DNA from: Tubiluchus corallicola
Taxonomy: Eukaryota; Animalia; Priapulida
NCBI GenBank assembly: GCA_030141605.1
Contig: JAQGDQ010000283.1
Coordinates: 186,001 to 250,000, forward strand
Reading direction: 5' to 3'
DNA length: 64,000 nt
The translations under genes were made by a program, and so were the position numbers. Positions 61,791 through 64,000 of this stretch are shown piece after piece. The stretch's first letter is position 1. Each line of letters starts with the position of its first letter. A model generated the notes under the pieces. That model ran no database searches, was not told the DNA's origin, and was given only the letters and a program-made list of their open reading frames with translations.

Positions 61791-64000
61791 GATAAAAGCA
61801 AAAAATCACAGAAAATGGTGGTAACTGTGGAAAATGAATTAGGCATGATTGAGCGATAAAAAACTTGACTATGCACTGTAGGGTTCAAAATTCAACCAGC
61901 TCAGCTGCTTGTTTTAATTTATGAGTTTATTCAGGCTGAGATATTTCATTTTAATTACATGTAGTGTGCAGATTTTACTGTAATTACCTCTCAGTTATCT
62001 AGTATTTGGCAAGAATGTCTGAAATATTTTTTTTAAATACAGGTACTTATCCTTTTTTTAAAAAAACTTGAGAAATTTAAAACATTCTAAACATAATTAC
62101 ATCAGATATGTTAATTAGCTTTTATTAATTAGTAGGTTAAGATGATTACTACAATTATTGTAATTAAGATGCTTATGTATGTAAACAAGATTTACTTTGG
62201 AAAAAACTGAAGGTTTTCTGAGCATCGTGTCTTTACGGAACATTTTTATCTTTCGCTCAATATTAGAGAAAATTTTATAGCGACAGCTGTCTTACTGATA
62301 ATTAATACAACAAACAATAGAAAGCAACAGCAAAACCTTAACTGCTGATATCTGAAAGACGTACCTTCTCAAACTGCACTTACGTTTGAGCTTAATGACG
62401 TAGCTACTTCGATTTACTTTTGAGCTTAATAACAGTGTAGCTACTTCACTTAGAAAAGTGATTTTGTTGTCAAACTGTATAGAATTTAGCGGAGAAGGAG
62501 ATAGTAATATTAACTGTAAATTCAACTCCCCTTCTTTAACTAGTTTTGCAATGAAATCTCATTGTCATAAATTTTGTGAAATGCTACAAGCTTAGTAGCT
62601 AGTGGGTCATTTGTTATTTGTTTACATGATGTTCTTTCCATGCCAAATTTATGCAAACTGAAGCAGAAAAGTCACCATTCAAATATTTGCTGTGTGAAAA
62701 ACGGTTTGTTATTAAGAAATGCTATAACTATAATATAAAAAAAACTTGTATGAAACCTAGATGTTTAATGAGCCAAAAAAATTAGGCGACATCCTGCTAA
62801 ATTTGGAGCAGGAATCGAGATCACGCTTGAAATAACAGATCATGTGTCCTGCTTCAATCAGAAATTGAATCATGCAGAATTCCTAACTTTACTCATGTAG
62901 ATAGTACATGACTGTTGGAATACCAAGAAATATTTAAACAGAATTGAATAAAATGGCCAATTGTGTGTATTCTGAAATTTCTGAACAATTAAAACTTATT
63001 TTAAAAGATATTCTGCTTTACATACAAAAGGATAATTGCATGCTCAATATTTAATGGTTAGATGTACAAATTCTGAATGAGACTGTATTCTTTCTGCATG
63101 AATAAAATATAATTGTAGTAGTGATCTATCAAATTAATGAAAATATATTTCGATTTAATTGAATGTTATTGCTGACACCAAGGTTATAAATTGTTTATGT
63201 TGTATGTTTGCATATTATTAGCTGTGCAATACTACTAGCCTTAGTAGCCTGCAGTTGCTTGGTCCCATAACTTTATTCACTAGCTTTCACCCCTTTTGCA
63301 CAATAATTTGCCGTTCCAAGTCTTTTTGGAGTTTGTTGAGCAGAGCTCTCCAGTCTGCTTGTTGTTACAGATGTTATCAATGTGCATAGCACATGTAAGG
63401 TATACTTGAAGCTTACCCAATAAGATCCCCAGCCTCTCAGCTTCCTTGGTGGAGTCATTACGCATGGGTGTTGTGTACTCCAATGGTTTTTGTGAAAAGT
63501 GAAATAGGTGAAATTACTACTTGCAAGCTATCGTAAGCAAACATTTGCCCCAGAAATTACCATTTACGCGAGCAGCAGAACTTTGGGAAACCACCAAATG
63601 CAGTTTATTTAAGTTCATGACTGTTACATTTCAGTTAACTGAGTTTTTATTAACCTACTTACAATTAAATTACAAGAATTAATTTGCACCATATTTTATC
63701 TTTTGATGACATTAGATATAGAAATAGACATAGAAAACTTTTCAGTTTTGAGAATAAATCTCATTTTTGTCAATTTCTCGCTTCATGTCTTTGTGTTTAG
63801 TACATTCTATTCTCATACCAATAGGGGTTTTTTTTCCTAAATTAGTGTAAATTTCTGGATTTTCGATGAACTATTTTTTGGCATTATTAATTACAAAAAT
63901 TTTTTAGTAAGTACCTTATTGCACTAATAGAAAACTGTGGTTTTAAAGTTTTTAGTAGTACCTTACATTAGTTATTTTTATTTCTACTTTTCTTTTGTTG

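Noticed and set aside
62292-63483. Short minus-strand ORFs 62292-62525, 63273-63458 and 63280-63483
   Set aside because: No recognisable motifs or consistent exon chain.

Overview
AT-rich, intron-containing animal (invertebrate-like) genomic DNA; the organism cannot be fixed from sequence alone. Gene order: last exon of a matrix metalloproteinase (+, not in the ORF track); CCT4 chaperonin subunit delta (-, 6 coding exons, 533 aa); Ack-like/PR2 tyrosine kinase (+, 16 coding exons, 1133 aa; SAM-kinase-SH3-CRIB-UBA); PSMC2/Rpt1 proteasome ATPase (-, 12 coding exons, 434 aa); two tandem, almost intronless M1 aminopeptidase N-like genes (-, about 1025 aa each). Introns and intergenic DNA hold a 5'-truncated but little-decayed L2/Crack-like LINE, CR1-like 3' fragments, hAT-like and Tigger-like MITEs (one with a perfect 8-bp TSD) and a decayed, spliced Sola1-like transposase next to the second aminopeptidase. 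Most notable: the altered exopeptidase motifs (EAMEN, AAMEN) and single 3' intron of the aminopeptidases, the hidden transposase relic, a GC-AG intron in the kinase and a candidate structured RNA in a CCT4 intron. I found no firmly supported new biological system. Gene models were assembled by eye from splice signals and reading-frame continuity.
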